Sequence record: NC_054929.1
Direction: 5' to 3' (one strand)
Length of the DNA: 64,000 nt
From: Escherichia phage PE37
Positions 12,642-23,272 of the stretch are shown piece after piece. Numbering within the stretch: position 1 is the first letter of the stretch; every line of letters begins with the position of its first letter. Below the pieces are notes generated by a model. It made no database searches, was not told the DNA's origin, and saw nothing but the letters and a program-made list of their open reading frames with translations. The position numbers and the translations under genes are program-made.

Positions 12642-15600
12642 TTATTCAACCCATTCAAATTTAACAGTTTTATTCACTGGGTCAGGAATAATGCGAACAT
12701 TACCAATTCGTAAGAAATCACGAATAGTAAGATTACCCATTGTAGCATTATCAGATGGTAAAGCACCAATATCAGATGGTTGAGGAGGGTTACCTCCATC
12801 AAATACCTGAACAAAACTTGACCAAGAATTTTTGGTTTTCTGCCATGTACGTGTCCATCGAGTGGTACGCGCTTCTGGCGTTGTTGGATAAGTAATCCAA
12901 TCTTGGTAAAGCGAATCAAGTGTGTTACCAAACTGAGTCAGTGTACCAGGAGATTTAACTTCTTCGCCACGTTCTAAATATGGAAGACCAGTCACTTCAT
13001 TAGTTTTTTCAACCATTTTAAAATAACCTGGGAACTGGTTATAAGTAGCTGAATCGTTAATATCAATTGACCAGAATCCTACAGTATCAGATGTTGGCGC
13101 ACGTGTATATAAGTCAGATGTTTTAGTACCTTGAGAACGAATTCTCGAGTTAACAGTCAAACCACCTGAATTTATAGTAGCACCTTTGGCAATGATTAAG
13201 CTTTCACCAATCGTTACTTGGCCAGATGCATTATTAATAGCTAATGGGCGTAATCCATTAAATCCACCAGTCTGATCACCCGATGCAGTAAGCATAAAAT
13301 TCGTTACTGATCCATCATTGCGAACAATAAAACCGTAATTTCCGTTAATAGCACGGAAAGCATTTGCGCTTCGAGAAATAATTTCACCAGTTGCAGTGAC
13401 TGAATTACCAAATGTTGCTACGCCATTTGCATTCAATGTTCCTGAAGCATTAACATTTATCGGTGTTACTGTACCGTTGATATTAAATGTTATATTTCCG
13501 GCTTTATTGCGCTGAGAATAAAAATGACTAGATGTTTCATCACTAACTTCAAATACGGTAGAACGTGTTGTATCTGATTCCCCACTAAATTGATTCCCCC
13601 ACACTTTGACATTCATCGTCTGCGCTGGGTTCGTTCCAGTTTGAGGTCCTTTCTCAAAAATCAATTGAGTTGCTGTTCCAGTATTAGAAATAGTTAGTGT
13701 ACTATTTGCTGAAACTGATCCACCAAATGTAGCAGTACTAGATGATACAAGAGGGGCACTCAGATTCGTTTGTTGAGTTAAGGTTAGTGAACCATTAACC
13801 GTCTGCGCAATATCCCTACGAATGAACTGGGATGAATCTAGACCATCCAATAAATTCGTGTCAGCAGCTTTTGCTTTTAATGGCAAATAATTTGCTAATA
13901 CACGGTTTAATTCGTATGGTGATACTGCATAGCTATTTTTCTCATATGATTCTAATGGCTGTGTTGAACCTACCGTATCATTACCAACGAATGTAATTGA
14001 ACCAGATGAAGTTTTAACAAAGCCTCTTACTGCAGTAGTTGCTGCCCAAGTAGGTTCGCTCTGCACGATCCATTTTAAATTTTTTGGAGATACAGCAGTA
14101 TTTGCTGATGTTCCAGTCACAGTTTCAGATTGAGTTGCAACTTTAATAACGCCTTCTTGTGCTTCGGTAGATTTAGTACCTAAAAGCTTTTTAGGAGTTA
14201 TTAAAACATTATCTAATGTTCCTGCAGCAGCTTCAACTTGTGTAGCCACACGAAGTGTACCACGCTGCGTCTCATTTGCTTCAAGAATATTAAGGGTATA
14301 ATGGTCCCAGAGAGTTCCTGATTCAACTAATCCAGATAGAGCAACAACAGAAGTACGATCAGTACTATTAAATCTAGTTTTAATTTTTAATGGTGTAGAG
14401 ATACGAGTATCGTCGACGCCTGCGTCGAATTCAACTTGTGTAGCAATTTCAGCTATACCACTTAAACTTTCAGTTGCTCTACGGTCATTTAAAGTTTTAG
14501 GAGTGACTGCACGAGTATAATCAGTTCCTGTATTAACTTCACTTTGCGTAGCAATTTCAATTAAACCAATTCTTCCATCAGTTGATGTCTTTTTATGTAA
14601 CGTTTCTGGAGTTACAACAGCATTTGCCCATCCTTCTTGACTTTGACCAGCAATTACTTCACTTTCAACTGCTAAAATTACTGCACCTTGCTGTGTTGGA
14701 GTAGCTTTATACTGATCCAAAGCTTTAGGTGAAACAACTAAATTATTGGTGTTTTTATTATAAACATTCGTACCATTTAATTCACGGCTAGAAGCTGGAG
14801 TAGCACCTGCAGTAGATACAAAAGTTACAATACCAGATAATGATTCAGAACCTTGGCGAGCTTGAAGCTTTTTAGGAGTGATGATTGTCGTATCATCAGT
14901 ACCTGTATTAGTTTCCTGTTGCGTAGCAATTTCAGCGACACCCCTACGAGTTTCTGTAGCAGTTCTTTCATTCAACTTTTTAGGAGTGATGATAAGGTCA
15001 TCTGCAAAAGAGAATGTGGTATCCTGGTTTACTTGCGCAGTTGTTGCTATTCTTGCAATACCTCTACGAGTTTCTGTAGCAGTACGATTAGCTAACGTTT
15101 CTGGAGTAATTGCCAGTTCTTTTTGCGGAGAATTTTCTAGATCAGCATTAGCTTGAGCCTGTGTAGCTAAAGCAATTACGCCTAATCTTGCTCTAGTAGA
15201 ATTATTTAAAGAGTCTACTCTTTCTACAGTTGGAACGTTTTGCTGTACAACCCAATATTTTCCATCGGAATCTTCGATATAAGCAAGCTGTAAAACTGGA
15301 ACATAATTGGTTTCGCCATTAAAAACTAATTCTTGAACAGTCACCCATTTAGTTTCAGGTGGGTATTCTGAACGTTTTGGAAATTGCAGCAATTGAACTG
15401 AAGAAGCAATTTTATCTTCACCGGCAGCTTTGATTTTAACTGTTTGTCCTTTTCTCATATAATTCATGGAAATCTTAACAGTATCACCGATAGAAATATC
15501 AGTTGGAAGCTGAAGTTCAATTGTTTGGGTTGTTCCATTATTCGCGCCAAATACCATGACTTCTTCATTTGGACGAATACTAGAATTAGTTGTTATAATA

Positions 15601-16511
15601 CGTAAACGTGCTTTACTATCCCCGTCAAACAATCTCCACAATTTTTCATTATCATCATACATTAAGAAACCATCAATCGATGTACGACCTTCAATGGAAT
15701 GAGTTCCAACTTCTTGTACAGAAGTAGTTTCATCATATGTGGTAACAATTGTGTGATAAAGTGGATTTAATTTATCTAAATCAACAAAATTAATAATATC
15801 CCCATGATTAGCAAATCTAGGAAGTTTAATATTAATTGCTGAAGCAGAAGTAAATCTACGCACGATAAAATCGTTTGATTGCGCTTGATAAAGACTTGCC
15901 GGTGTTACAACTGCCGCTTCTCTGCTATAATCAGCAACATACATTTGCCACAGACGATTACTAAAAATTAAAACTATCTGTGATTTTGGATGAGTCATTA
16001 GTACTGAGCGTACTTGTTGACCTCTAAAATTTACAATGCTTTGCACTGGAGCTGTAATTAAAACTTGGTTAACTCCAGGTTTTCCACCAATATCTTGAAG
16101 AACGATAGTATCTCCATCAATTGGAGAAGTTGGCAAAGTAAATGTGATATCATTTCCTGCTGCAGTGTTAACTGAAATTGATTCACCTGACTTTAATTGA
16201 TAAGGTCCTGACGAAACAGTTGTCCAGTTTGCATCAGTGCGTAACGCTCTCCATCGTACGCTATTAAAAGCTCCTGCTGGTTTTGGAATATCATTTATAG
16301 CAGCCCAAAAGCGGTTATCATAAATGATTACAAAATCTTTTAAATATCCACGAGTTGGATCATATTGTTGAACTGTGTTTTCTTGAATTAAGTAATCAAC
16401 GTTTACACCGTCAGTTCCTACGGTACGATCAGCTAAAGCTACGTTGATTATTTTATCACCACCTGCGTCCAGACCGTCTTCTGCTCTGAACTTTCTTTTA
16501 ATCTCGGCCAT
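12642..16511 (-). CDS. 34: long tail fibre proximal subunit gp34
   Basis: 1289 aa, exactly the T4 gp34 length; internal tandem fibre repeats. Confidence 0.95.
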   Translation of the reverse strand: MAEIKRKFRAEDGLDAGGDKIINVALADRTVGTDGVNVDYLIQENTVQQYDPTRGYLKDFVIIYDNRFWAAINDIPKPAGAFNSVRWRALRTDANWTTVSSGPYQLKSGESISVNTAAGNDITFTLPTSPIDGDTIVLQDIGGKPGVNQVLITAPVQSIVNFRGQQVRSVLMTHPKSQIVLIFSNRLWQMYVADYSREAAVVTPASLYQAQSNDFIVRRFTSASAINIKLPRFANHGDIINFVDLDKLNPLYHTIVTTYDETTSVQEVGTHSIEGRTSIDGFLMYDDNEKLWRLFDGDSKARLRIITTNSSIRPNEEVMVFGANNGTTQTIELQLPTDISIGDTVKISMNYMRKGQTVKIKAAGEDKIASSVQLLQFPKRSEYPPETKWVTVQELVFNGETNYVPVLQLAYIEDSDGKYWVVQQNVPTVERVDSLNNSTRARLGVIALATQAQANADLENSPQKELAITPETLANRTATETRRGIARIATTAQVNQDTTFSFADDLIITPKKLNERTATETRRGVAEIATQQETNTGTDDTTIITPKKLQARQGSESLSGIVTFVSTAGATPASSRELNGTNVYNKNTNNLVVSPKALDQYKATPTQQGAVILAVESEVIAGQSQEGWANAVVTPETLHKKTSTDGRIGLIEIATQSEVNTGTDYTRAVTPKTLNDRRATESLSGIAEIATQVEFDAGVDDTRISTPLKIKTRFNSTDRTSVVALSGLVESGTLWDHYTLNILEANETQRGTLRVATQVEAAAGTLDNVLITPKKLLGTKSTEAQEGVIKVATQSETVTGTSANTAVSPKNLKWIVQSEPTWAATTAVRGFVKTSSGSITFVGNDTVGSTQPLESYEKNSYAVSPYELNRVLANYLPLKAKAADTNLLDGLDSSQFIRRDIAQTVNGSLTLTQQTNLSAPLVSSSTATFGGSVSANSTLTISNTGTATQLIFEKGPQTGTNPAQTMNVKVWGNQFSGESDTTRSTVFEVSDETSSHFYSQRNKAGNITFNINGTVTPINVNASGTLNANGVATFGNSVTATGEIISRSANAFRAINGNYGFIVRNDGSVTNFMLTASGDQTGGFNGLRPLAINNASGQVTIGESLIIAKGATINSGGLTVNSRIRSQGTKTSDLYTRAPTSDTVGFWSIDINDSATYNQFPGYFKMVEKTNEVTGLPYLERGEEVKSPGTLTQFGNTLDSLYQDWITYPTTPEARTTRWTRTWQKTKNSWSSFVQVFDGGNPPQPSDIGALPSDNATMGNLTIRDFLRIGNVRIIPDPVNKTVKFEWVE
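14076..15191 (-). repeat. tandem ~40-aa tail-fibre repeat units within gp34
   Basis: recurring ITPxxL...RxATExxxG...IAT motif about 8 times (aa ~441-812), with partial nucleotide-level repeats, e.g. 14941-14965 versus 15057-15080. Confidence 0.6.
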
Positions 16512-16545
16512 TCTCCCGGGCTCCTATTGTGTTTTCAATAATAAG

Positions 16546-16553
16546 TATTTATA
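16546..16553 (-). promoter_or_regulatory. late promoter (TATAAATA) for gene 34
   Basis: TATAAATA on minus strand about 35 nt upstream of gene 34 ATG. Confidence 0.6.
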
Positions 16554-16556
16554 CTT

Positions 16557-16586
16557 GTTTACTTTAAGATTTGGATGGTATATAAT
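16557..16586 (+). promoter_or_regulatory. early promoter for rnh
   Basis: GTTTAC 16557-16562, 18-bp spacer, TATAAT 16581-16586; AGATTT/AAATCT inverted repeat brackets the -10. Confidence 0.5.
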
Positions 16587-16615
16587 AGAAATCTCACTAA
16601 TTGAACGAGGTTCAT

Positions 16616-17533
16616 ATGGATTTAGAAATGATGCTGGATGAAGATTACAAAGAAGGAATTTGCTTTATTGACTTTAGTCAAATTGCGCTTTCAACTGCTT
16701 TGGTAAACTTTCCAGATAAAGAAAAAATTAATTTATCAATGGTTCGTCATTTGATATTGAACTCAATTAAGTTTAATGTCAAAAAAGCAAAAACTCTTGG
16801 ATACACTAAAATTGTACTGTGTATTGATAATGCGAAATCTGGATATTGGCGTCGTGATTTCGCGTATTATTATAAGAAAAACCGTGGAAAAGCACGAGAA
16901 GAATCAACTTGGGACTGGGAAGGTTATTTTGAATCCAGCCATAAAGTTATAGATGAATTGAAAGCTTATATGCCATACATTGTTATGGATATCGATAAGT
17001 ATGAAGCAGATGACCACATTGCTGTTCTTGTTAAAAAGTTCTCTTTAGAAGGACACAAGATTTTAATCATTTCATCTGATGGTGACTTTACTCAACTTCA
17101 CAAATATCCAAATGTTAAGCAATGGTCACCGATGCACAAGAAATGGGTTAAAATTAAAAGCGGTTCTGCTGAAATTGACTGTATGACTAAAATCCTTAAA
17201 GGCGATAAAAAGGATAACGTTGCTTCAGTTAAAGTACGATCTGACTTTTGGTTTACCAAAGTTGAAGGTGAACGAACTCCTTCAATGAAAACTTCAATCG
17301 TTGAAGCTATTGCTAATGACCGTGAGCAAGCTAAGGTGCTTCTCACAGAATCTGAATATAATCGTTATAAAGAAAATTTAGTTCTAATTGATTTTGATTA
17401 TATTCCTGATAATATTGCTTCAAACATTGTGAATTACTATAATTCATATAAATTACCACCGCGTGGCAAAATTTATTCATATTTTGTAAAAGCGGGTCTT
17501 TCTAAATTAACTAATAGCATTAATGAATTTTGA
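16616..17533 (+). CDS. rnh: RNase H (5'-3' exonuclease, FEN family)
   Basis: 305 aa from ATG 16616 (track TTG at 16601); T4 RNase H length and sequence. Confidence 0.9.
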   Translation: MDLEMMLDEDYKEGICFIDFSQIALSTALVNFPDKEKINLSMVRHLILNSIKFNVKKAKTLGYTKIVLCIDNAKSGYWRRDFAYYYKKNRGKAREESTWDWEGYFESSHKVIDELKAYMPYIVMDIDKYEADDHIAVLVKKFSLEGHKILIISSDGDFTQLHKYPNVKQWSPMHKKWVKIKSGSAEIDCMTKILKGDKKDNVASVKVRSDFWFTKVEGERTPSMKTSIVEAIANDREQAKVLLTESEYNRYKENLVLIDFDYIPDNIASNIVNYYNSYKLPPRGKIYSYFVKAGLSKLTNSINEF

Positions 17534-17541
17534 GGTGAATA

Positions 17542-17811
17542 ATGGCTAAAAAAGAAATGGTTGAATTTGATGAAGCTATCCACGGCGAAGACTTGGCTAA
17601 ATTTATTAAAGAAGCATCTGATCATAAACTGAAAATTTCCGGTTATAATGAACTAATTAAAGATATTCGAATTCGTGCTAAAGATGAACTTGGCGTTGAT
17701 GGTAAGATGTTTAATCGTCTATTAGCTTTATATCATAAAGATAACCGTGATGTGTTTGAAGCTGAAACTGAAGAGGTAGTTGAACTTTATGACACAGTTT
17801 TCTCTAAATGA
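17542..17811 (+). CDS. dsbA: dsDNA-binding protein DsbA (late transcription)
   Basis: 89 aa; synteny between rnh and 33. Confidence 0.8.
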   Translation: MAKKEMVEFDEAIHGEDLAKFIKEASDHKLKISGYNELIKDIRIRAKDELGVDGKMFNRLLALYHKDNRDVFEAETEEVVELYDTVFSK

Positions 17812-18127
17812 TATTCGTCCGGTCGATGAGACCGGTCTTTCAGAAAAAGAACTTTCAATCAAGAAAGAAAAGGATGAAATAGCAAAGCTTCTTGATCGTC
17901 AAGAAAACGGATTTATTATTGAAAAAATGGTAGAAGAGTTTGGAATGAGTTATCTTGAAGCTACGACAGCATTCTTGGAAGAAAATTCTATTCCTGAAAC
18001 TCAATTTGCTAAATTTATTCCTTCGGGTATAATTGAAAAAATTCAGTCAGAAGCCATTGACGAAAATCTTTTACGTCCTTCTGTTGTTCGTTGTGAAAAA
18101 ACTAATACATTAGATTTTCTGCTATGA
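17789..18127 (+). CDS. 33: late transcription co-activator gp33
   Basis: 112 aa from ATG 17789 (track TTG at 17780); overlaps dsbA 3' end as in T4. Confidence 0.85.
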   Translation: MTQFSLNDIRPVDETGLSEKELSIKKEKDEIAKLLDRQENGFIIEKMVEEFGMSYLEATTAFLEENSIPETQFAKFIPSGIIEKIQSEAIDENLLRPSVVRCEKTNTLDFLL

Positions 18128-18777
18128 TTAAACTCCGCATGCCTGCTGGTGGTGAAAGATACATTGATGGTAAATCAGTTTATAAATTATACTTAATGAT
18201 AAAACAACATATGAATGGAAAATATGATGTTATTAAGTATAATTGGTGCATGCGGGTGTCTGATGCCGCTTATCAAAAGCGAAGGGATAAGTATTTTTTC
18301 CAGAAGTTATCAGAAAAATATAAATTAAAGGAACTTGCTTTAATCTTTATAAGTAATTTGGTTGCTAACCAAGATGCTTGGATTGGCGACATCTCTGACG
18401 CTGATGCACTTGTGTTTTATCGTGAATATATCGGACGCTTAAAGCAAATTAAATTTAAGTTTGAAGAAGATATTCGCAACATTTATTATTTTAGTAAAAA
18501 AGTTGAAGTTTCTGCTTTTAAAGAAATCTTTGAATATAATCCAAAAGTTCAATCAAGTTATATTTTTAAACTTCTGCAATCGAACATAATTTCGTTTGAG
18601 ACGTTTATCTTGCTTGATTCATTTTTAAATATAATTGATAAACATGATGAACAAACTGATAATTTAGTTTGGAACAATTATTCTATAAAGTTAAAAGCTT
18701 ATAGAAAAATTTTAAATATCGATTCACAGGAAGCTAAAAAAGTTTTTATTGAAACTGTGAAATCTTGTAAGTATTGA
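18124..18777 (+). CDS. 59: helicase loader gp59
   Basis: 217 aa; T4 gp59 length and sequence. Confidence 0.9.
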   Translation: MIKLRMPAGGERYIDGKSVYKLYLMIKQHMNGKYDVIKYNWCMRVSDAAYQKRRDKYFFQKLSEKYKLKELALIFISNLVANQDAWIGDISDADALVFYREYIGRLKQIKFKFEEDIRNIYYFSKKVEVSAFKEIFEYNPKVQSSYIFKLLQSNIISFETFILLDSFLNIIDKHDEQTDNLVWNNYSIKLKAYRKILNIDSQEAKKVFIETVKSCKY

Positions 18778-18778
18778 T

Positions 18779-19411
18779 ATGAATATAGTATATTGGTTTA
18801 CATTTGAAGACCGTGTCAAAAATAAGACTCCACCATACTACTATATCGGTAGTAAATTAAATTGCTCATTTGAGAACGGAATAATATATGACTCTTCCGG
18901 AAAGGAATACTGGAGCTCATGTAAACAAAAAAGATTTTTGAATGCGCTAATGCTTCAAAAACCGAGCGTTAAAATAATTCAAATTGATGATGACTTGGAT
19001 GTTATTGAAGCAGAACGAAAATACCAACTTGAAGTAAATGCCAGAGATAATCCAGACTATTTTAATCTGGTATATGCTGGTGGTGGATTTGGTGTGAGTG
19101 GTGAAACTCATCCAGCCAAAGACCCGGAAGTTAGAGAGCATATGAGATTGGCTAATTATATGAACCGTGACGATTTTAGACCTTGGAAAACATCACGAGC
19201 TAATATAGAGTCTTGGAAATTATCTCATATTGCTTACGAGAATTATGTGTTATTATTATCCTCTAATCTGTACGGTAAAACTCCTGGATGGCGAAGAGTT
19301 AAAGGTAATATAAATATAACTGATACAACTGCTAAATCGATGGTAAAGTATTTCAACTCAGGTTGGATACCTCTCGAAGACCCAGAGTATTGCAAATTAT
19401 GCCAGCTATGA
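18779..19411 (+). CDS. segG: GIY-YIG homing endonuclease, SegG-like
   Basis: N-terminal IVYWF...YYIGS motif plus downstream EAERKYQLEVN (catalytic Glu/Asn context as in I-TevI); free-standing between 59 and 32. Confidence 0.7.
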   Translation: MNIVYWFTFEDRVKNKTPPYYYIGSKLNCSFENGIIYDSSGKEYWSSCKQKRFLNALMLQKPSVKIIQIDDDLDVIEAERKYQLEVNARDNPDYFNLVYAGGGFGVSGETHPAKDPEVREHMRLANYMNRDDFRPWKTSRANIESWKLSHIAYENYVLLLSSNLYGKTPGWRRVKGNINITDTTAKSMVKYFNSGWIPLEDPEYCKLCQL

Positions 19412-19470
19412 GGTAAAGTGTCATAGCACCAACTGTTAATTAAATTAAGTTAAGTTAAAAAGGAAATAAA
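19405..19470 (+). promoter_or_regulatory. gene 32 translational operator (pseudoknot plus AU-rich gp32-binding leader)
   Basis: GCTATGAGGTAAAGTGTCATAGCACC hairpin/pseudoknot followed by AATTAAATTAAGTTAAGTTAAAAAGGAAATAAA before ATG. Confidence 0.65.
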
Positions 19471-20376
19471 ATGTTTAAACGTAAATCTACTGCTGAACTT
19501 GCTGCACAAATGGCTAAACTGAATGGCAATAAAGGTTTTTCTTCTGAAGATAAAGGCGAGTGGAAACTGAAACTCGATAATGCGGGTAACGGTCAAGCAG
19601 TAATTCGTTTTCTTCCGTCTAAAAATGATGAACAAGCACCATTCGCAATTCTTGTAAATCACGGTTTCAAGAAAAATGGTAAATGGTATATTGAAACATG
19701 TTCATCTACCCACGGTGATTACGATTCTTGCCCAGTATGTCAGTACATCAGTAAAAATGATTTGTACAACACTGACAATAAAGAGTACGGTCTTGTTAAA
19801 CGTAAAACTTCTTACTGGGCTAACATTCTTGTAGTAAAAGACCCAGCTGCTCCAGAAAATGAAGGTAAAGTATTTAAATACCGTTTCGGTAAGAAAATCT
19901 GGGATAAAATCAATGCAATGATTGCAGTTGATGTTGAAATGGGTGAAACTCCGGTTGATGTAACTTGTCCGTGGGAAGGTGCTAACTTTGTACTGAAAGT
20001 TAAACAAGTTTCTGGTTTTAGTAACTACGACGAATCTAAATTCCTGAATCAATCTGCGATTCCAAACATTGATGATGAATCTTTCCAGAAAGAACTGTTC
20101 GAACAAATGGTTGACCTTTCTGAAATGACTTCTAAAGATAAATTCAAATCGTTTGAAGAACTGAGCACTAAGTTCAGTCAAGTTATGGGAACTGCTGCTA
20201 TGGGTGGTGCCGCAGCAACTGCTGCTAAGAAAGCCGATAAAGTTGCTGATGATTTGGATGCATTCAATGTTGATGACTTCAAAACAAAAACTGAAGATGA
20301 TTTTATGAGCTCAAGCTCTGGCAGTTCATCTAGTGCTGATGACACGGACCTGGATGACCTTTTGAATGACCTTTAA
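19471..20376 (+). CDS. 32: single-stranded DNA-binding protein gp32
   Basis: 301 aa; begins [23 protein letters not shown]; acidic C-terminus. Confidence 0.95.
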
Positions 20377-20398
20377 TAGATTATATTACTAATTAATT

Positions 20399-20424
20399 GG
20401 GGACCCTAGAGGTCCCCTTTTTTA
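20399..20424 (+). terminator. intrinsic terminator after gene 32
   Basis: GGGGACC-CTAGA-GGTCCCC followed by TTTTTT. Confidence 0.7.
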
Positions 20425-20448
20425 TTTCAAAAATTTTTTCACAGAACG

Positions 20449-20478
20449 GTTTACATCCTTGTCCTTCCATGGTACTAT
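20449..20478 (+). promoter_or_regulatory. early promoter
   Basis: GTTTAC, 18-bp spacer, TGGTACTAT; shares an 18-mer with the motA promoter. Confidence 0.6.
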
Positions 20479-20521
20479 ACAACTATCAGCAATACTGCTG
20501 ACGATTAAAGAGGAAAACAAT

Positions 20522-20749
20522 ATGGCTAAAGTTGATATTGACATCGTTGATTTTGAATATATTGAAGAAATTATTCGTAATCGTTATCCTGAACTTAGTA
20601 TCACAAGTGTACAAGATTCTAAGTTTTGGAGCATTCAAATCGTTATTGAAGGTCCTTTAGAAGTTCTTGAGCGGTTTATGGCTAATGAATATTGTGATGG
20701 TATGGATGCTGAAGACACAGAATTTTACATGGGATTGATTGAACAATAA
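20522..20749 (+). CDS. hypothetical protein (75 aa)
   Basis: ATG 20522 with AAAGAGGAAAAC SD (track start is TTG at 20459). Confidence 0.5.
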   Translation: MAKVDIDIVDFEYIEEIIRNRYPELSITSVQDSKFWSIQIVIEGPLEVLERFMANEYCDGMDAEDTEFYMGLIEQ

Positions 20750-20793
20750 TTATCAAGGGGCTATTACAGCCCCGTTAAAATGAGGAAATCAAA

Positions 20794-21180
20794 ATGGAAG
20801 TTGGAAAAACTTATATCATTAACCCTTTATTTAAAAATGACTTTGCTAACGAGTGCCGTTGCAATGTAATGATGCTAAATTTAATAGAGAAGCACGGACC
20901 TAGTTTTGTTGTAGATGAAATGGAAAGTGATGATTGTGCCGGTGAATGTGTGGTACATGTAACTATGGAAGATGGCACTGAATACATGGCGAGTGGCCCA
21001 CTTGAGACGTATTTTGAGATTTACTCTGAAGAATTCAAATACTTTACTGAGGTAACTTTAGAAAAGCCTCAATCCGCTAATGAAGGTATAGTTTCTGGCG
21101 TAACAAAAATTCACTGCATTGTTGACGAAAACAATGTAGATGAAATCATTGAACTTTTGCGAAAAACTTTCAAAAAGTAG
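20794..21180 (+). CDS. hypothetical acidic protein (128 aa)
   Basis: ORF with GAGGAAA SD. Confidence 0.5.
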   Translation: MEVGKTYIINPLFKNDFANECRCNVMMLNLIEKHGPSFVVDEMESDDCAGECVVHVTMEDGTEYMASGPLETYFEIYSEEFKYFTEVTLEKPQSANEGIVSGVTKIHCIVDENNVDEIIELLRKTFKK

Positions 21181-21209
21181 TTTACAGAAGGGTAGTAGTG
21201 TGATACTAT
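21180..21209 (+). promoter_or_regulatory. early promoter
   Basis: GTTTAC 21180-21185, 18-bp spacer, TGATACTAT; hairpin 21190-21214 encloses the -10. Confidence 0.5.
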
Positions 21210-21235
21210 TACCCTATCAACTTAAGGAGAATAAA

Positions 21236-21478
21236 ATGAGATTACAACGTCAGAGCATCAAAGATTCAGAAGTTAGAGGTAAATGGTATTTTAATATCAT
21301 CGGTAAAGATTCTGAACTTGTTGAAAAAGCTGAACATCTTTTACGTGACATGGGGTGGGAAGATGAATGCGATGGGTGTCCGCTTTATGAAGATGGAGAA
21401 AGCGCAGGATTCTGGATTTACCATTCTGATGTTGATCAGTTTAAAGCTGATTGGAAAATTGTGAAAAAGTCTGTTTGA
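21236..21478 (+). CDS. hypothetical protein (80 aa)
   Basis: ATG 21236 with AAGGAGA SD; track ORF 21140 start lies inside upstream gene. Confidence 0.5.
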   Translation: MRLQRQSIKDSEVRGKWYFNIIGKDSELVEKAEHLLRDMGWEDECDGCPLYEDGESAGFWIYHSDVDQFKADWKIVKKSV

Positions 21479-21488
21479 GGAAAATATT

Positions 21489-21848
21489 ATGTCTGACATT
21501 CATGTAGCTGGAATTGCTCGAGTAAGTATTCGTTGCCAACTTAAAACTGCGCCCGGGACGGCTTATATTAATTTATCACACGACCTATGTTCTAGTGAAA
21601 GACCATTAACTGGTGTAATTACGTTTTACGCTGGAGTTGGCGGAAACGAATTTACTGTAGGCGAATTTGTTGGCTGTAAATTAAAAGTTCAGAAGAATGT
21701 GTTAGAACTTTTTAGCGATCTTTATGGTGATAGTGATGAAGTTTTTGATGAAATCGCGCAAGCAGTTAACAAAGGAATGGTAACTTTAGTTAAAATGATT
21801 AACTCTATCGGATATGCTCCTGACCCTTTTCGATGGGAGATAATATAA
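21489..21848 (+). CDS. hypothetical protein (119 aa)
   Basis: ORF with GAGGAAAA SD. Confidence 0.5.
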   Translation: MSDIHVAGIARVSIRCQLKTAPGTAYINLSHDLCSSERPLTGVITFYAGVGGNEFTVGEFVGCKLKVQKNVLELFSDLYGDSDEVFDEIAQAVNKGMVTLVKMINSIGYAPDPFRWEII

Positions 21849-21940
21849 TTTTTGTATTTGAGTTTATGAATGATGAATTCTATTATGCAATGCTTTAAAA
21901 ATTGCATAGTCTTGATTTAAATGAATTTGAGGAAAATATA

Positions 21941-22860
<920 letters not shown>

Positions 22861-22879
22861 AATAACGCGCGGCGGAAAT

Positions 22880-23227
22880 ATGAATTTTAATTATTACCCT
22901 ATTCTATTAGAAAAAGATGAGAAACAGCCAAAGTGGCAGGGTCCTCAGTTTATTAAAGGTGTCTATCAATTAGTAGTTCCTAAAGACAAGATTTATAGCA
23001 GTTGTTTCACTGAATCCGCTTGTAGTATTTTCGGTAATAGTTCTCCGTATTGGAATTTTGACATAAAGCTGGATAGAAATATCGATATTTGGTTGAAAGC
23101 TATGGATATTGGTAATATCACGTTTGATGAGAATAATTATCATATTATTGGTCGCTTTTCCAAACGCGGTAAAGAATTATATTTCACGCCTGAAATTGAG
23201 AGAAAATTTGATGCTAAACTGTATTGA
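22880..23227 (+). CDS. hypothetical protein (115 aa) inserted between frd and td
   Basis: clean ORF; no nuclease or other motif recognised; frd and td overlap directly in T4 as I recall. Confidence 0.5.
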   Translation: MNFNYYPILLEKDEKQPKWQGPQFIKGVYQLVVPKDKIYSSCFTESACSIFGNSSPYWNFDIKLDRNIDIWLKAMDIGNITFDENNYHIIGRFSKRGKELYFTPEIERKFDAKLY

Positions 23228-23272
23228 TTATTTAGCTTCATAAAATGTATTATAATTTATATAAGGTACTAA

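Noticed and set aside
22880-23227. Considered calling the frd-td insert a homing endonuclease.
   Set aside because: No GIY-YIG, HNH, LAGLIDADG or His-Cys box motif was found; left as a hypothetical protein.
23221-23272. Possible MotA-type middle promoter upstream of td (AGCTTCA then TATAAT).
   Set aside because: The MotA box deviates from TGCTT and the spacing to the -10 is about 10 bp, not 12-13 bp; too weak to call.
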